Of a DNA stretch of 64,000 nucleotides, positions 22,298 through 32,931 are shown in pieces; positions within the stretch are counted from its first letter, which is position 1, and every line of letters starts with the position of its first letter. Location: the NCBI GenBank assembly GCA_964469905.1, contig CAYXZW010000012.1, positions 2,060 through 66,059 of the forward strand. Direction: 5' to 3'. Under the pieces are notes generated by a model. It saw only the letters and a list, made by a program, of their open reading frames with translations. It was not told the DNA's origin and did not search any database. The position numbers and the translations under genes were made by a program. This DNA comes from an uncultured Smithella sp. (lineage in GTDB: Bacteria > Desulfobacterota > Syntrophia > Syntrophales > Smithellaceae).

Positions 22298-23028
22298 AAA
22301 AACGTATCTTCTTTAGTTATTGTTAGAAAGACTTCTTCAAGTCTGGCTTCACCAATCCGGGCAATATGCCGTAATTCCTTAACGGTACCCTGTGCCAGCA
22401 GAGTGCCTTTATGAATTACACCAATGCGGTGGCATAATTCTTCCGCTATGCTTAAAGTGTGGGTGGAGACAAAGATGGTTATTTGTTTTTGTGCCAATTC
22501 CTGAAAAATATCTTTAACCATACGCACGGCTGCCGGATCAAGGCCGACCATCGGTTCGTCTATTATTAATATTTGCGGATCATGGAGAAGGGCTGAGGCT
22601 ATGATGAGTCTTTGTTTCATGCCATGCGAATACGCCTCGACGAGTTCGTCTGCCCATTCCCAGAGAGCAAATTGACGCAGCAGTATTTCTGCTTTGGCCG
22701 AAAAAGTCTCCGGAGCGACATCATATAAATCGGCGGAGAAATGAAGGAACTCCATACCGGTAAGCTTTTCATAGAGAAACGGCCTGTCGGGTACGAAGCC
22801 GATCATTTTCTTGGCCGCTACCGGATCTCTGGCCATATCTATATTGCCGATTACAATGCTGCCGGAAGTCGGTGCCAGAATGCCACCCATCATCCGAATG
22901 GTTGTTGTTTTGCCCGCGCCGTTGGGGCCGATAAAACCGTAAATTTCGCCGGCAGAAACATTCAGGCTGAGCTTGTTTACCGCAAGGGTAGTACCATAAT
23001 CCTTCGTCAGTTCTCTTACTTGAATCAT
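22294..23028 (-). CDS. ABC transporter ATP-binding protein
   Basis: Walker A GPNGAGKTT, signature-like SHGMKQRL, Walker B LIIDEP. Overlaps both neighbours by 4 nt. Confidence 0.93.
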   Translation of the reverse strand: MIQVRELTKDYGTTLAVNKLSLNVSAGEIYGFIGPNGAGKTTTIRMMGGILAPTSGSIVIGNIDMARDPVAAKKMIGFVPDRPFLYEKLTGMEFLHFSADLYDVAPETFSAKAEILLRQFALWEWADELVEAYSHGMKQRLIIASALLHDPQILIIDEPMVGLDPAAVRMVKDIFQELAQKQITIFVSTHTLSIAEELCHRIGVIHKGTLLAQGTVKELRHIARIGEARLEEVFLTITKEDTFL

Positions 23029-24563
23029 TTTGTCTGCTCCAGAATTTCCAGTTTGATTTTCCCCATCGCGCCCATTAAATCCAATTGCTCACTGCCTTCA
23101 CCACGGACCAACCGGATGTGAGTCACATCGGCAGGGAATTGATTAAAGACAGCGTCAACGGTAATCCAGTTTCCTGTATAGGCAATGTTCCAGGCGTGGT
23201 AATAAAAACGGCCGGAGATATATACCAGACCGGTTTCTATTTGTGCAGGAATACCGGCAGTTCTCAATAAAGCGGCAATAAGAACGGCGTGCTCATTACA
23301 ATCGCCAACTTTATTTTGCAAAACTTCCAGCGCATTCGGTACGGATAAAACCGGCTTTTTTTGGACATGGCGATAGACCCAGTTGACAATTTTTCTAACT
23401 TTTTGCTCGGGTAAATCATTAGTCTTAATAATATTATCGACCTGCGTTTTCATTTGGGGATGATTAGCTTGCACCAGCGGTGTTGCCTTAAGGAAAACAG
23501 CAATTTCCGGCGGAAGGTCATGGAGTGCTGCTTGCCGCGCAGATAAAGAGGGCTGTTCACGGTTAATTGTCAAAACGTCCTTTATAAAGCTTTGCCGCCC
23601 GCCGTTGAGATGAAATAACAAGCCGCCAGTACCACTGATTTTAATTTTAAGCCGGTTTAATTCTTCCGGCGCTTTAATTGGGACATTGGACGGTATCGAA
23701 GCGATTTGTGTAAAATCAATACTGCCATTAGTCGCAATTCCTTCCTGTGCTTTTTCGGGGCTGACCTTTTCCAGGGAAAGGCCCAGGATGCCTGTTTCTC
23801 TTAAAGTGTCGCCATCTTTATCCAGCCAGGAGCAATTTTGAGCACCCATAAAATCAGCACAATATTTTTGTGTCAAAATACGTTTTCCCATGACAGATAT
23901 AATTTCATCGGCATTCCGGGTGACTCTTATTGATCGCATCGCCAGAGTGGAAGGATCAAAGATGCTGAAGTTACGGGTTGTATCCTTTTCCAGACCAGAG
24001 CGAAAAGCTGCATCGTAAATGCTGCCGCTGATATGAGGTATCTCTTTGAGAGGAATTTCGCTTTTCTGCTGGGCACCAGGCAAACCGGTAAAAAGGACCA
24101 TTTTGTTTTTAACTACGAAACCATTGGCATTAAAACGAAACAGACTGGAAGTAAGATCAAAATTAAATGAAGAAAGAGTCATGTCGGGGTTAAGATCGCC
24201 GCTGGTGGAGATATTGAGCGCCTGTGTTACTCCCATTGTATTGATCTGCATGGATACGTTTTCACTAAAGCGATAACCTTTGTCCCGGGCAGTAAAAGTT
24301 CGGTGAACAACGCCGATCTTTTTTTTATTTTGATAAATGTTCATCCAGGTGGCGGCCGGCCGATTTGCTGTTGCGGGCTGAACAATAGATAAAGGCTCCT
24401 GTTTTGTCTGGAAAAATTCCAGGTTAATAGCCAGAAGAGTGAAGAAGGTGATTGTGACGAAAATTCCCCATACAAAGGACCATTTGATTTTTGTCATGGA
24501 CTGAAGACCTGTGGGATAAATTAAATTTAAGATCATTATATAGACAGGCCAGATAAGAGTCAA
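23025..24563 (-). CDS. Membrane-anchored transglutaminase-like (papain-fold) domain protein
   Basis: C-terminal core GDCNEHAVLIAALLRTAGIPA...YHAWN...VD (Cys-His-Asp). N-terminal TM segment. The start is uncertain: the listed start at 24563 is TTG, and ATG 24497 (MTKIKWSF) is an alternative. Confidence 0.8.
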   Translation of the reverse strand: MTLIWPVYIMILNLIYPTGLQSMTKIKWSFVWGIFVTITFFTLLAINLEFFQTKQEPLSIVQPATANRPAATWMNIYQNKKKIGVVHRTFTARDKGYRFSENVSMQINTMGVTQALNISTSGDLNPDMTLSSFNFDLTSSLFRFNANGFVVKNKMVLFTGLPGAQQKSEIPLKEIPHISGSIYDAAFRSGLEKDTTRNFSIFDPSTLAMRSIRVTRNADEIISVMGKRILTQKYCADFMGAQNCSWLDKDGDTLRETGILGLSLEKVSPEKAQEGIATNGSIDFTQIASIPSNVPIKAPEELNRLKIKISGTGGLLFHLNGGRQSFIKDVLTINREQPSLSARQAALHDLPPEIAVFLKATPLVQANHPQMKTQVDNIIKTNDLPEQKVRKIVNWVYRHVQKKPVLSVPNALEVLQNKVGDCNEHAVLIAALLRTAGIPAQIETGLVYISGRFYYHAWNIAYTGNWITVDAVFNQFPADVTHIRLVRGEGSEQLDLMGAMGKIKLEILEQTK

Positions 24564-24679
24564 CTAGTACCGATTTAAAAGAGAGATTGATTAAGATTAA
24601 AGAAAATTAAAGATATATTGACAAGCTTACCTAATTATAATATCAACGAGTCCTTCATTTCAGGAAAGATAATTACTTT

Positions 24680-25321
24680 ATGAAACATGACAGCATTATT
24701 GCTCAAGAAGGTTATCCCTTTATTCTCTTATCCATTATTATTACTGTTTTTATTGCCTTTTTAGGCATCTGCTGGCTGCTTGTTTTGTCGGCCTTAATCT
24801 CTTTTTTTGTCATTTGGTTTTTCCGGAATCCGGAGCGGTATTTCCAAGATGGAGCAAACGTCGTTATTTCTCCTGCTGACGGTAAAGTAATTAAGGTGGA
24901 AGATATTGAGATGAACGACTCAATCAGCGGAAAATTCAAAAAAATAAGCATATTCATGAATGTTTTCAACGTTCATGTAAACCGCATTCCCTATAATGGA
25001 AAAATAGAGGCGATTAATTATCACGAGGGGAAATTCGTTTCTGCCAATCTGGATAAGGCCTCCAGTGACAATGAACGTAACGCAATACAGATTCGCACGG
25101 AAAATGGTTCTGCGATCTGGGCAGTGCAGATTGCCGGTCTTATAGCACGCCGGATTGTTTGTTGGGTTGCGGTTGGTGATGCAGTTAAAAAAGGGGAAAG
25201 ATTCGGGTTGATTCGCTTTGGTTCCCGGGTCGATGTTTATTTACCTCCGGATTCCCGCATTGCCGTTAAGATAGGGCAGAAGGTCAGGGCAGGTGAGACA
25301 CCTTTAGGACATTTGCTGTAA
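24680..25321 (+). CDS. psd: Phosphatidylserine decarboxylase proenzyme (short type)
   Basis: 213 aa, two N-terminal TM helices, self-processing site RFGSRVDVYLP. Adjacent to pssA. Confidence 0.88.
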   Translation: MKHDSIIAQEGYPFILLSIIITVFIAFLGICWLLVLSALISFFVIWFFRNPERYFQDGANVVISPADGKVIKVEDIEMNDSISGKFKKISIFMNVFNVHVNRIPYNGKIEAINYHEGKFVSANLDKASSDNERNAIQIRTENGSAIWAVQIAGLIARRIVCWVAVGDAVKKGERFGLIRFGSRVDVYLPPDSRIAVKIGQKVRAGETPLGHLL

Positions 25322-25347
25322 TTTAGTGACTTTTTCAAGGGATAATC

Positions 25348-26124
25348 ATGAATAAAGAAACATCACTGAAGAAAATCCGCTTAAAAAAAGGCATTTATGT
25401 TTTACCTAATCTCATCACAACTGCATCTCTGTTTGCCGGTTTTTATGCGATCATTGCTTCTATTCAAGAAAAATTTGTCTATGCCGCTATCGCGATTTTA
25501 GTTTCTCTCGTTCTGGATGGCCTCGATGGACGAATTGCCCGTATGACCAATACTACCAGTAAATTTGGCGCGGAATACGATTCCTTGTCCGATTTGGTGG
25601 CCTTTGGTGTAGCTCCATCTCTCCTGGCATTCAACTGGGCAATGTTCTTTTACGGCAAGTGGGGATGGATTGCCGCCTTTATGTTTGTTGTTTGCGGGGC
25701 ATTAAGACTGGCTCGTTATAATATCCAAATCGGCATTATTGAAAGCAACGTGTTTAATGGGTTACCTATTCCGGCAGCAGCATCGGTTGTCGCTACAACA
25801 GTTCTCTTTTTTGACTATGCCGGAGTGGAAGGGCAATTTCATAATCCATACATGCTGTTCTTCGTCGTCATTCTTTCCCTCTTGATGGTCAGTAACATCA
25901 AGTACTACAGTGGGAAAGACTTGAAACTTTTTGCCCGTAAACCATTTACGTCTTTTTTTCTGCTGGTTCTTATTTTAATAGTAATAGTGGCCATGCCGGT
26001 GATCATGGCCTTTATCGTAATGCTGGGCTACGCAATTTCCGGACCGCTCTGGTGGGCAACTAAATTCAGCAGGCAGATGGCACAAAAGTCCAGGGAAAAG
26101 AAGATAAACAAACAAGCACAGTAG
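25348..26124 (+). CDS. pssA: CDP-diacylglycerol--serine O-phosphatidyltransferase
   Basis: CDP-alcohol phosphatidyltransferase motif DGLDGRIAR....S.FG.E.DSL.D, multi-TM. Confidence 0.9.
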   Translation: MNKETSLKKIRLKKGIYVLPNLITTASLFAGFYAIIASIQEKFVYAAIAILVSLVLDGLDGRIARMTNTTSKFGAEYDSLSDLVAFGVAPSLLAFNWAMFFYGKWGWIAAFMFVVCGALRLARYNIQIGIIESNVFNGLPIPAAASVVATTVLFFDYAGVEGQFHNPYMLFFVVILSLLMVSNIKYYSGKDLKLFARKPFTSFFLLVLILIVIVAMPVIMAFIVMLGYAISGPLWWATKFSRQMAQKSREKKINKQAQ

Positions 26125-26175
26125 ATTTTTAGATAGGAACAATTAATCGGTCTGTGAAAATATTTTGTAAAGATT

Positions 26176-26733
26176 ATGCGAATTATCGGAGGTAAAGCCA
26201 GGGGAAGGAAGTTACAGTTTCCTTCTTTATCAAAAGAAAGGCCGACTTCCGATTTTCTGCGTGAAGCTCTTTTTAATTTAATTGGTTCTCTGGAGGCAAA
26301 ATCGTTTCTCGATCTTTTTGCCGGTTCGGGAAGTGTGGGAATAGAGGCTGCCAGCAGGGGTGCAAATGAAATAGTCTTGATAGAAAAAGATAAGAAAATT
26401 GCCGCGTATGCCCAGAAAAACCTTGAGATTTGCAATCTTGATAAAAGTTGCCGGATTATCGTCAGGGATATCAGTTCGGGACTAAACGATCTGTTTAAGA
26501 AGGAATGCGAGTTTGATTATATTTTTGCCGATCCTCCTTATGACCGGGGATTAGTGGAAAAAACAATAAAATTATTAAAAGAAAATCCGGTTTTTACGGA
26601 AGAAACACTAGTTGTGATTCAGCATTCGACAAGAGAAGAAATAGCGTCTCTTTTAGATGCAAAAATAATTCTCCAAGATCAGAGAAAATATGGCGACAAC
26701 GCCCTGACCTTTTTAAAAATGGAGCGCTCATGA
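26176..26733 (+). CDS. rsmD: 16S rRNA (guanine966-N2)-methyltransferase
   Basis: MRIIGGKARGRKL, DLFAGSGSVGIEA, and the catalytic FADPPY. Confidence 0.9.
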   Translation: MRIIGGKARGRKLQFPSLSKERPTSDFLREALFNLIGSLEAKSFLDLFAGSGSVGIEAASRGANEIVLIEKDKKIAAYAQKNLEICNLDKSCRIIVRDISSGLNDLFKKECEFDYIFADPPYDRGLVEKTIKLLKENPVFTEETLVVIQHSTREEIASLLDAKIILQDQRKYGDNALTFLKMERS

Positions 26734-27239
26734 CACAAGAAAAGTTTACCAGTAGAATCGCAGTTTATCCAGGTTCCTTTGATCCCATAACCAATGGCCA
26801 TGTGGATATTATCAACAGGGGCGTTCGCATATTCGATGAAGTCATCGTCCTTGTAGCGTATAATGCCAGCAAGACTTCTTTGTTTACCGTGGAAGAGCGT
26901 GTGGCAATGATCAAAGACGCCATTGGCGATAGTCCGGGAGTTAGAGTAGATAGTCATTCCGGACTACTTGTTGATTACCTGAAAAAGACGAACTCCAATG
27001 TAATCTTAAGAGGTATGCGTGCCCTTTCCGACTTCGAATATGAATTCCAGATGGCTCTGATGAATCGCAGACAGTCCCGGGAAATTGAAACAGTATTTCT
27101 GATGAGCGGTTTCAAGTGGTTTTTTACCGGCTCTCAGATCATCAAACAAGTAGCCAGTATCGGTGGTTCGGTAAAGGGTTTATTGCCGGATAAAGTCCAT
27201 AAAAAACTACTGGCAAAATTTAATAATGGGAGGAAGTAG
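26730..27239 (+). CDS. coaD: Phosphopantetheine adenylyltransferase
   Basis: AVYPGSFDPITNGHVDII, RGMRALSDFEYE. The ATG overlaps the rsmD stop (ATGA). Confidence 0.95.
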   Translation: MTQEKFTSRIAVYPGSFDPITNGHVDIINRGVRIFDEVIVLVAYNASKTSLFTVEERVAMIKDAIGDSPGVRVDSHSGLLVDYLKKTNSNVILRGMRALSDFEYEFQMALMNRRQSREIETVFLMSGFKWFFTGSQIIKQVASIGGSVKGLLPDKVHKKLLAKFNNGRK

Positions 27240-27242
27240 TCT

Positions 27243-28436
27243 GTGAAATTAGCAAAAAGAGTAGCGCAAATAAAACCGTCAGAAACTTTAGCGATTACGG
27301 CAAAAGCCAACGCCCTGAAAGCTGAAGGCAGAGATGTGATTGGCTTTGGCGCCGGCGAGCCGGATTTCGATACGCCGGTAAATATCAAAACAGCAGCAAT
27401 CAAAGCCATTGATGCCGGCTTTACCAAATATACCCCGGTAGGTGGAACGGATGAATTAAAGGATGCAATCATTGGCAAGTTAATGCGCGATAACTCGCTG
27501 GAATATAAACGTTCGCAAGTGGTGGTTTCCTGCGGAGCCAAACACACCTTATACAATCTGGCCCAGGCGCTTTTTGAAGAAGGCGATGAAGTCATTATAC
27601 CGTCACCTTATTGGGTTTCGTATCCCGATATTGTTGTTTTAGCGGGAGGTAAACCGGTAATCGTCGAAACGCTGGAAAAAGACGGTTTTAAAATGAAACC
27701 GGAACAGCTGAAAGCTGCCATAACCGATCGTACACGAGCTGTTGTGATCAATAGTCCGTCCAACCCTACTGGTGCTGCCTATTCTCCCGCCGAACTTAAA
27801 GCTCTGGCTGCGGTTCTCCTGAATACGGAAATCCTCGTTATTTCCGATGATATTTATGAAAAAATTATTTATGCAGATTTTCCTTTTGCCAGTATTGCGT
27901 CGGTAGAACCACAAATCAAAGATCGGACGATTGTTGTTAACGGGGTTTCCAAAGCTTATGCCATGACCGGCTGGCGTATCGGTTATGCAGCCGGCCCCGA
28001 ACAGATAATTGCTGCCATTAATAAAATTCAAAGTCAAAACACATCCAATCCGGCTTCCATTTCGCAGAAAGCTGCCGTGGAAGCACTAAACGGCCCTCAG
28101 GAAGTGGTCGGACAAATGGTTGTCGAATTTCGGAAAAGAAGAGACATTATCGTACAATTGCTTAATGAAATTGATGGCATAAAATGTTTGTCGCCGGAAG
28201 GTGCCTTTTATGTATTCCCCAATGTTGCTGATATCTTTGGTCGTTCTTTTCAGGGTAAAAAGATAACCGATTCGACTCAATTAATAGATTATCTTTTGGA
28301 TGAAGCCAATGTTGCCACTGTTCCCGGTGCTGCTTTCGGCAGTGACAGTCATATCCGTCTATCTTATGCAACGTCATTAAAGAATATTGAAGAAGGTGTG
28401 AAGAGAATAAAGAACGCGATTGCTAAATTATCCTAA
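27243..28436 (+). CDS. Aspartate/aromatic-type PLP aminotransferase (class I)
   Basis: GAGEPDFDTP, NSPSNPTG, and the PLP-lysine block NGVSKAYAMTGWRIGY. GTG start after GGGAGG. Confidence 0.9.
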   Translation: MKLAKRVAQIKPSETLAITAKANALKAEGRDVIGFGAGEPDFDTPVNIKTAAIKAIDAGFTKYTPVGGTDELKDAIIGKLMRDNSLEYKRSQVVVSCGAKHTLYNLAQALFEEGDEVIIPSPYWVSYPDIVVLAGGKPVIVETLEKDGFKMKPEQLKAAITDRTRAVVINSPSNPTGAAYSPAELKALAAVLLNTEILVISDDIYEKIIYADFPFASIASVEPQIKDRTIVVNGVSKAYAMTGWRIGYAAGPEQIIAAINKIQSQNTSNPASISQKAAVEALNGPQEVVGQMVVEFRKRRDIIVQLLNEIDGIKCLSPEGAFYVFPNVADIFGRSFQGKKITDSTQLIDYLLDEANVATVPGAAFGSDSHIRLSYATSLKNIEEGVKRIKNAIAKLS

Positions 28437-28515
28437 GACGATGTGCTCGAATAACTTTGTATTGCCATATGTACTGGTGGTTATTACATAACGACTCCAG
28501 AGAGGAAGGGAAAAA

Positions 28516-29922
28516 ATGGGCGGTATTTTCGGAGTAGTATCACAGGAAAATTGTGTCCAAACGCTGTTTTACGGAACTGATTATCATTCACATCTGGGTA
28601 CGGAAAATGGCGGCATGGCCGTGTTGGGAGCTAAAGGGTTCCACAATGCTATCCACAGCATTTCTCAGGCGCAATTCAAATCCAGGTTTATTGACGAATA
28701 CCGTAAAATGGAAGGCTGTTTCGGAATCGGGGCAATCGATGATGAATCGCCGCAGCCTCTTATTATCAAATCAAAGCTAGGTGCATATGCAGTTGTGGCC
28801 AGCGGTCTCATAACCAATAAAGAGAAATTAATCAGTGAGCTTCTTAATGAAGGCGTGTCGTTCAGTGAAATGGCCGGCGGGGGCATCAACAATACGGAAA
28901 TAGTTGCCCGGCTGATCAACCGCGGAGACAATATTGTGGAAGGTATTGCCTCCATGCGCGGTGCCATTGAAGGATCCATTTGCGCATTAGTCTTAACCCG
29001 TGACGGCATCTATGCGGCGCGGGATAAATTTGGCCGTTTTCCTCTGTCCATTGGTAAAAAGAAAGATCGTAATGAAAAGTCATATGTCGTTGCCACGGAA
29101 GCCAGTTCTTTTGAAAATCTGGGCTATGAAACGGTTAAATTTCTGGGACCAGGTGAGATTTCATTAATTTCTCCCGAGGGAATCAAACAGATGAAACCCG
29201 AAGGAAGCGAAAAGAAAATATGCTCATTTTTATGGATATATACAGGGTATCCTTCTTCTACCTATGATGGTATCGGTGTAGAAAGGACAAGAGAACGCTG
29301 CGGGAGCTATTTAGCCAAGCGCGATAACAATCTGGAAGCGGATTATGTCGCCGGCATACCTGATTCGGGAGTAGGTCATGCCATCGGCTACGCCATGGAA
29401 TCGGGAATACCTTTTCGGCGTCCTCTCGTTAAATATACTCCGGGTTATGGGCGCAGCTATACGCCTCCATCTCAGGATATCAGAGATCTGGTTGCCACAA
29501 TGAAGCTTAGTGCAGTTCATGACGTTATAAATGGCAGTCGTATGATTATCTGTGATGATTCCATTGTTCGGGGCACGCAACTGAAAAATTTTACCATAAA
29601 GAAACTATGGGATAACGGAGCAAAAGAAATTCACATACGTCCGGCATGTCCGCCGTTGATGTTTCCCTGCATATATGCATCTTCAACTCGATCGTCAGCA
29701 GAACTGGCCTGCCGCAAGGCAATTAGAACTCTGGAAGGAAAAGAACTGGATAATCCGGAAGAATATCTGGACCGGTCGGGAGCGAAATATGCCAAAATGA
29801 TTGACTGGATTCGTCACGATCTCAACGTCACATCCCTGAAGTATCTGGAAATTGAAGATATGATCGCCGCAATCGGTCTTCCGGCGGATCAGCTCTGCCT
29901 CCATTGCTGGCAGGGCAAATAA
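28516..29922 (+). CDS. Amidophosphoribosyltransferase-like protein (PurF family) lacking the Cys1 nucleophile
   Basis: PRTase motif RMIICDDSIVRGTQ with a PurF-like fold order. The N-terminus is MGGIFGV instead of MCGI.G. An in-frame TAA lies 27 nt upstream (28489-28491) with no alternative start in between. Confidence 0.8.
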   Translation: MGGIFGVVSQENCVQTLFYGTDYHSHLGTENGGMAVLGAKGFHNAIHSISQAQFKSRFIDEYRKMEGCFGIGAIDDESPQPLIIKSKLGAYAVVASGLITNKEKLISELLNEGVSFSEMAGGGINNTEIVARLINRGDNIVEGIASMRGAIEGSICALVLTRDGIYAARDKFGRFPLSIGKKKDRNEKSYVVATEASSFENLGYETVKFLGPGEISLISPEGIKQMKPEGSEKKICSFLWIYTGYPSSTYDGIGVERTRERCGSYLAKRDNNLEADYVAGIPDSGVGHAIGYAMESGIPFRRPLVKYTPGYGRSYTPPSQDIRDLVATMKLSAVHDVINGSRMIICDDSIVRGTQLKNFTIKKLWDNGAKEIHIRPACPPLMFPCIYASSTRSSAELACRKAIRTLEGKELDNPEEYLDRSGAKYAKMIDWIRHDLNVTSLKYLEIEDMIAAIGLPADQLCLHCWQGK

Positions 29923-30031
29923 AAGTCATTATTTCCAATATCCCTACTTTTTTAATCTGCAATTATCCATTGCCAGAGCAAGAGAGCCATGTTATAAATT
30001 TATCAAAATACATTAGTGAAAGCCGGGGGCT

Positions 30032-31105
30032 ATGGATAATTTGTCTAAAATAAAGAGAAGGAAGTCAAGAACAATCAATTTAGGCGGCGTACCTATCGGA
30101 GGAGATGCACCGATAACAGTGCAATCCATGACCAACACGAATACTGCCGATGTAAAGGCTACCGTTGCCCAGATTGAAGAACTGGTCACTGCAGGCTGTG
30201 AAATTATCCGCATTGCCGTTCCTGATCAGGAAGCGGTTGATGCTATTGCTGAGATTAAGCAAAGAATTAAAATCCCCTTGATAGCCGATATTCACTTTCA
30301 TCATCAGTTGGCAATTGACTCAATGAAACAGGGCGTTGCCGGCATTCGCATTAATCCCGGCAATATTGCCCGGGAAAAAATCAGGGAAATAGTAAAAGTA
30401 GCTAAAGAGCGGGAAGTTGTAATCAGGATTGGTGTTAATGCCGGATCATTGCAAAAAGATTTAGTCCTGGAATACGGCGGTGTTACGGCGGAAGCTCTGG
30501 TTGCCAGCGCTTTAAAAAATATTGAACTATTCGAAGAAGAAGGTTTCCATAACTTGAAATTGTCGCTGAAATCTTCGGATGTCCCGATTATGATCGAAGC
30601 CTACCGGGACATTGCCCAAAAAACTGATTACCCTCTGCATCTGGGAGTGACAGAAGCAGGAACGTTAGTTGATGCCGCGATAAAATCAGCGCTGGGCATT
30701 GGAAATTTGCTTAATTCAGGAATAGGCGACACAATTCGAGTTTCCGTTACCGGTAATCCTGTTTTGGAAATTCCTATTGCGTATGGGATTCTGCGCTCGT
30801 TAAAAATAAGAAGAGTCGGTCCTGAAATAGTTTCCTGTCCTACTTGCGGCCGCTGTCAGATCGATCTGTTAGGATTGACGGAAAAAATGGAAAAAGCCCT
30901 GGCTGGGCGAAAAAAATATGTGAAAGTGGCATTGATGGGCTGTGTGGTTAATGGTCCGGGCGAGGCTGCAGATGCCGATATCGGCATCGCCGGCGGTACT
31001 GGTTTTGGCATGATGTTTAAAAAGGGAGTTGCCTATAAACGGGTAGCTGAAAAAGATTTAGTAGCGGTTTTACTCGAAGAGATAGAATCGCTGGACAATG
31101 AGTAG
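30032..31105 (+). CDS. ispG: 4-hydroxy-3-methylbut-2-en-1-yl diphosphate synthase
   Basis: [21 protein letters not shown], and the C-terminal Fe-S cysteines SCPTCGRC ... GCVVNGPGE. Confidence 0.95.
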   Translation: MDNLSKIKRRKSRTINLGGVPIGGDAPITVQSMTNTNTADVKATVAQIEELVTAGCEIIRIAVPDQEAVDAIAEIKQRIKIPLIADIHFHHQLAIDSMKQGVAGIRINPGNIAREKIREIVKVAKEREVVIRIGVNAGSLQKDLVLEYGGVTAEALVASALKNIELFEEEGFHNLKLSLKSSDVPIMIEAYRDIAQKTDYPLHLGVTEAGTLVDAAIKSALGIGNLLNSGIGDTIRVSVTGNPVLEIPIAYGILRSLKIRRVGPEIVSCPTCGRCQIDLLGLTEKMEKALAGRKKYVKVALMGCVVNGPGEAADADIGIAGGTGFGMMFKKGVAYKRVAEKDLVAVLLEEIESLDNE

Positions 31106-31116
31106 AAGGGGGTTCA

Positions 31117-32859
31117 ATGCGTTATTCAGAGATGTTTCTTCCCACCGGAAGGGAAGTACCTTCGGACGCCGAAGTTATAAGTCATCAGTTGATGATTCGG
31201 GCAGGAATGATCAGGAAATTAACAAGTGGAATTTATTCGTATTTGCCACTTGGTTATCGTGTTATTCGTAAAGTCGAACAAATTGTTCGTGAAGAAATGA
31301 ACAAAGCCTCGGCGCAGGAAGTATTTATGCCGATGGTTCAACCCGCAGAGCTCTGGCAGGAATCGGGCCGCTGGGAGTATTACGGCAAGGAATTGCTCCG
31401 GTTTCGTGACCGTCATGAAAGGCAATATTGCCTGGGGCCAACTCATGAAGAAGTTATTACTGACCTTGTTCGCAACGAGATTAAGACATATCGCCAACTG
31501 CCCCGCAGTCTTTACCAGATCCAGACAAAATTTCGGGATGAAGTCCGTCCCCGTTTTGGTGTGATGCGCTGTCGGGAATTCGGGATGAAAGATGCATACA
31601 GCTTTGATGCCGATGAGGCCGGGGCGGAAATAAGTTATGAAAAGATGTTTACAGCTTATAAGAATATCTTCAGCCGTTGTGGTTTAAAATTCCGTCCGGT
31701 AGAGGCCGATTCCGGAAGCATCGGCGGTAAATATTCGCACGAATTTATGGTTATGGCTGAATCCGGTGAAGATGCGATGGTCGTCTGCGATAAATGCGTT
31801 TATGCGGCCAATCTGGAAAAGGCAGAAGTGAGTGTGCCCCAAAAAGTTAATATACCGGAGAGCGATTGGTTGCCGCTGGAGAGTGTGCATACACCGATGG
31901 TACGCACAATAGAAGAAGTCAGTGCTTTTCTAAAAGTAAGTCCCCGAGACATTGTAAAGACATTGATTTTTAACGCTGATGGTCAGCCCTGCGCCATATT
32001 GATTCGCGGTGATCAGGAAGTTAACGAAATTAAAGTAAAAAATTATCTGGGAGCCAATGAGCTGGAACTGGCCGACGATGAAATGATTATGAAGGCGACC
32101 GGAGCTCCTCGGGGATTTGCCGGGGCAGTAAAGATAAAAACACGGATTATTGCCGATTATTCGGTAATGAATATGATTAATTTTGTAACCGGTGCCAATA
32201 AAGAAGATTATCATTTAAAAAATGTCAATATCGGACGGGATTGCAAGGTGGAGGTGTTTGCCGATCTGCGCGTTGTGGAGAAAAACGACCTATGTCCTCG
32301 TTGTGGAGGGAATATTCAATTTGTCCGCGGTATTGAAGTCGGGCATGTTTTCAAGCTGGGAACTAAATACAGCAAGGCACTGAAAGCGGCATATCTGGAC
32401 AAAGATGGCCAGGAAAAAATAATGATTATGGGCTGCTACGGAATAGGAATAGGAAGAACAGTTGCTGCGTGCATTGAACAGAACAATGATGCCAACGGCA
32501 TCGTTTGGCCAATGCCGCTGGCCCCTTACCATGTTATTGTGACTCCGGTAAATGTGAATGAACAAGATGTCTTTAAAGCCGCAGAAAAAATATACAATGA
32601 TTTGCAGGCCGACGGAATAGAAGTAATATTTGATGATCGAGATGAAAGGGCAGGAGTAAAATTCAAAGATGCCGATCTGATCGGAATTCCTTTGCGAGTT
32701 ACTGTCGGTCAAAAAAATCTTATTGCGGGAAATGTAGAGTTGAAAAAAAGAAAGTCCGGCCAGACGAATATTTGTTCAGTTGGGGAAATCGTAAACGAAA
32801 TAAAAATAAATATTGCCGAAGGTTTAAATACGCCGGCAGTGCTGACACACGAAGTTTAG
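31117..32859 (+). CDS. proS: Prolyl-tRNA synthetase (bacterial type with INS editing domain)
   Basis: 580 aa. Class II motifs FRDE.RPRFG..R.REF.MKD.YSF and GCYGIGIGR, with a central insertion domain. Confidence 0.95.
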   Translation: MRYSEMFLPTGREVPSDAEVISHQLMIRAGMIRKLTSGIYSYLPLGYRVIRKVEQIVREEMNKASAQEVFMPMVQPAELWQESGRWEYYGKELLRFRDRHERQYCLGPTHEEVITDLVRNEIKTYRQLPRSLYQIQTKFRDEVRPRFGVMRCREFGMKDAYSFDADEAGAEISYEKMFTAYKNIFSRCGLKFRPVEADSGSIGGKYSHEFMVMAESGEDAMVVCDKCVYAANLEKAEVSVPQKVNIPESDWLPLESVHTPMVRTIEEVSAFLKVSPRDIVKTLIFNADGQPCAILIRGDQEVNEIKVKNYLGANELELADDEMIMKATGAPRGFAGAVKIKTRIIADYSVMNMINFVTGANKEDYHLKNVNIGRDCKVEVFADLRVVEKNDLCPRCGGNIQFVRGIEVGHVFKLGTKYSKALKAAYLDKDGQEKIMIMGCYGIGIGRTVAACIEQNNDANGIVWPMPLAPYHVIVTPVNVNEQDVFKAAEKIYNDLQADGIEVIFDDRDERAGVKFKDADLIGIPLRVTVGQKNLIAGNVELKKRKSGQTNICSVGEIVNEIKINIAEGLNTPAVLTHEV

Positions 32860-32877
32860 GGGCCATCACGAAATAGC
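32860..32877 (+). repeat. Copy 3 of short intergenic motif (GGGCCATCACGAAATAGC)
   Basis: Starts directly after the proS TAG, the same placement as copy 1. Confidence 0.3.
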
Positions 32878-32900
32878 CACCCGCAGGGGTGGTTATTGTT
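32877..32900 (+). terminator. Weak hairpin after proS (possible attenuator before rel)
   Basis: 6-bp GC stem CCACCC (32877-32882) / GGGTGG (32887-32892), GCAG loop, then TTATTGTT. Confidence 0.35.
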
Positions 32901-32931
32901 AAATAACAGCTCAGATCAGCTGGGAACTTTC

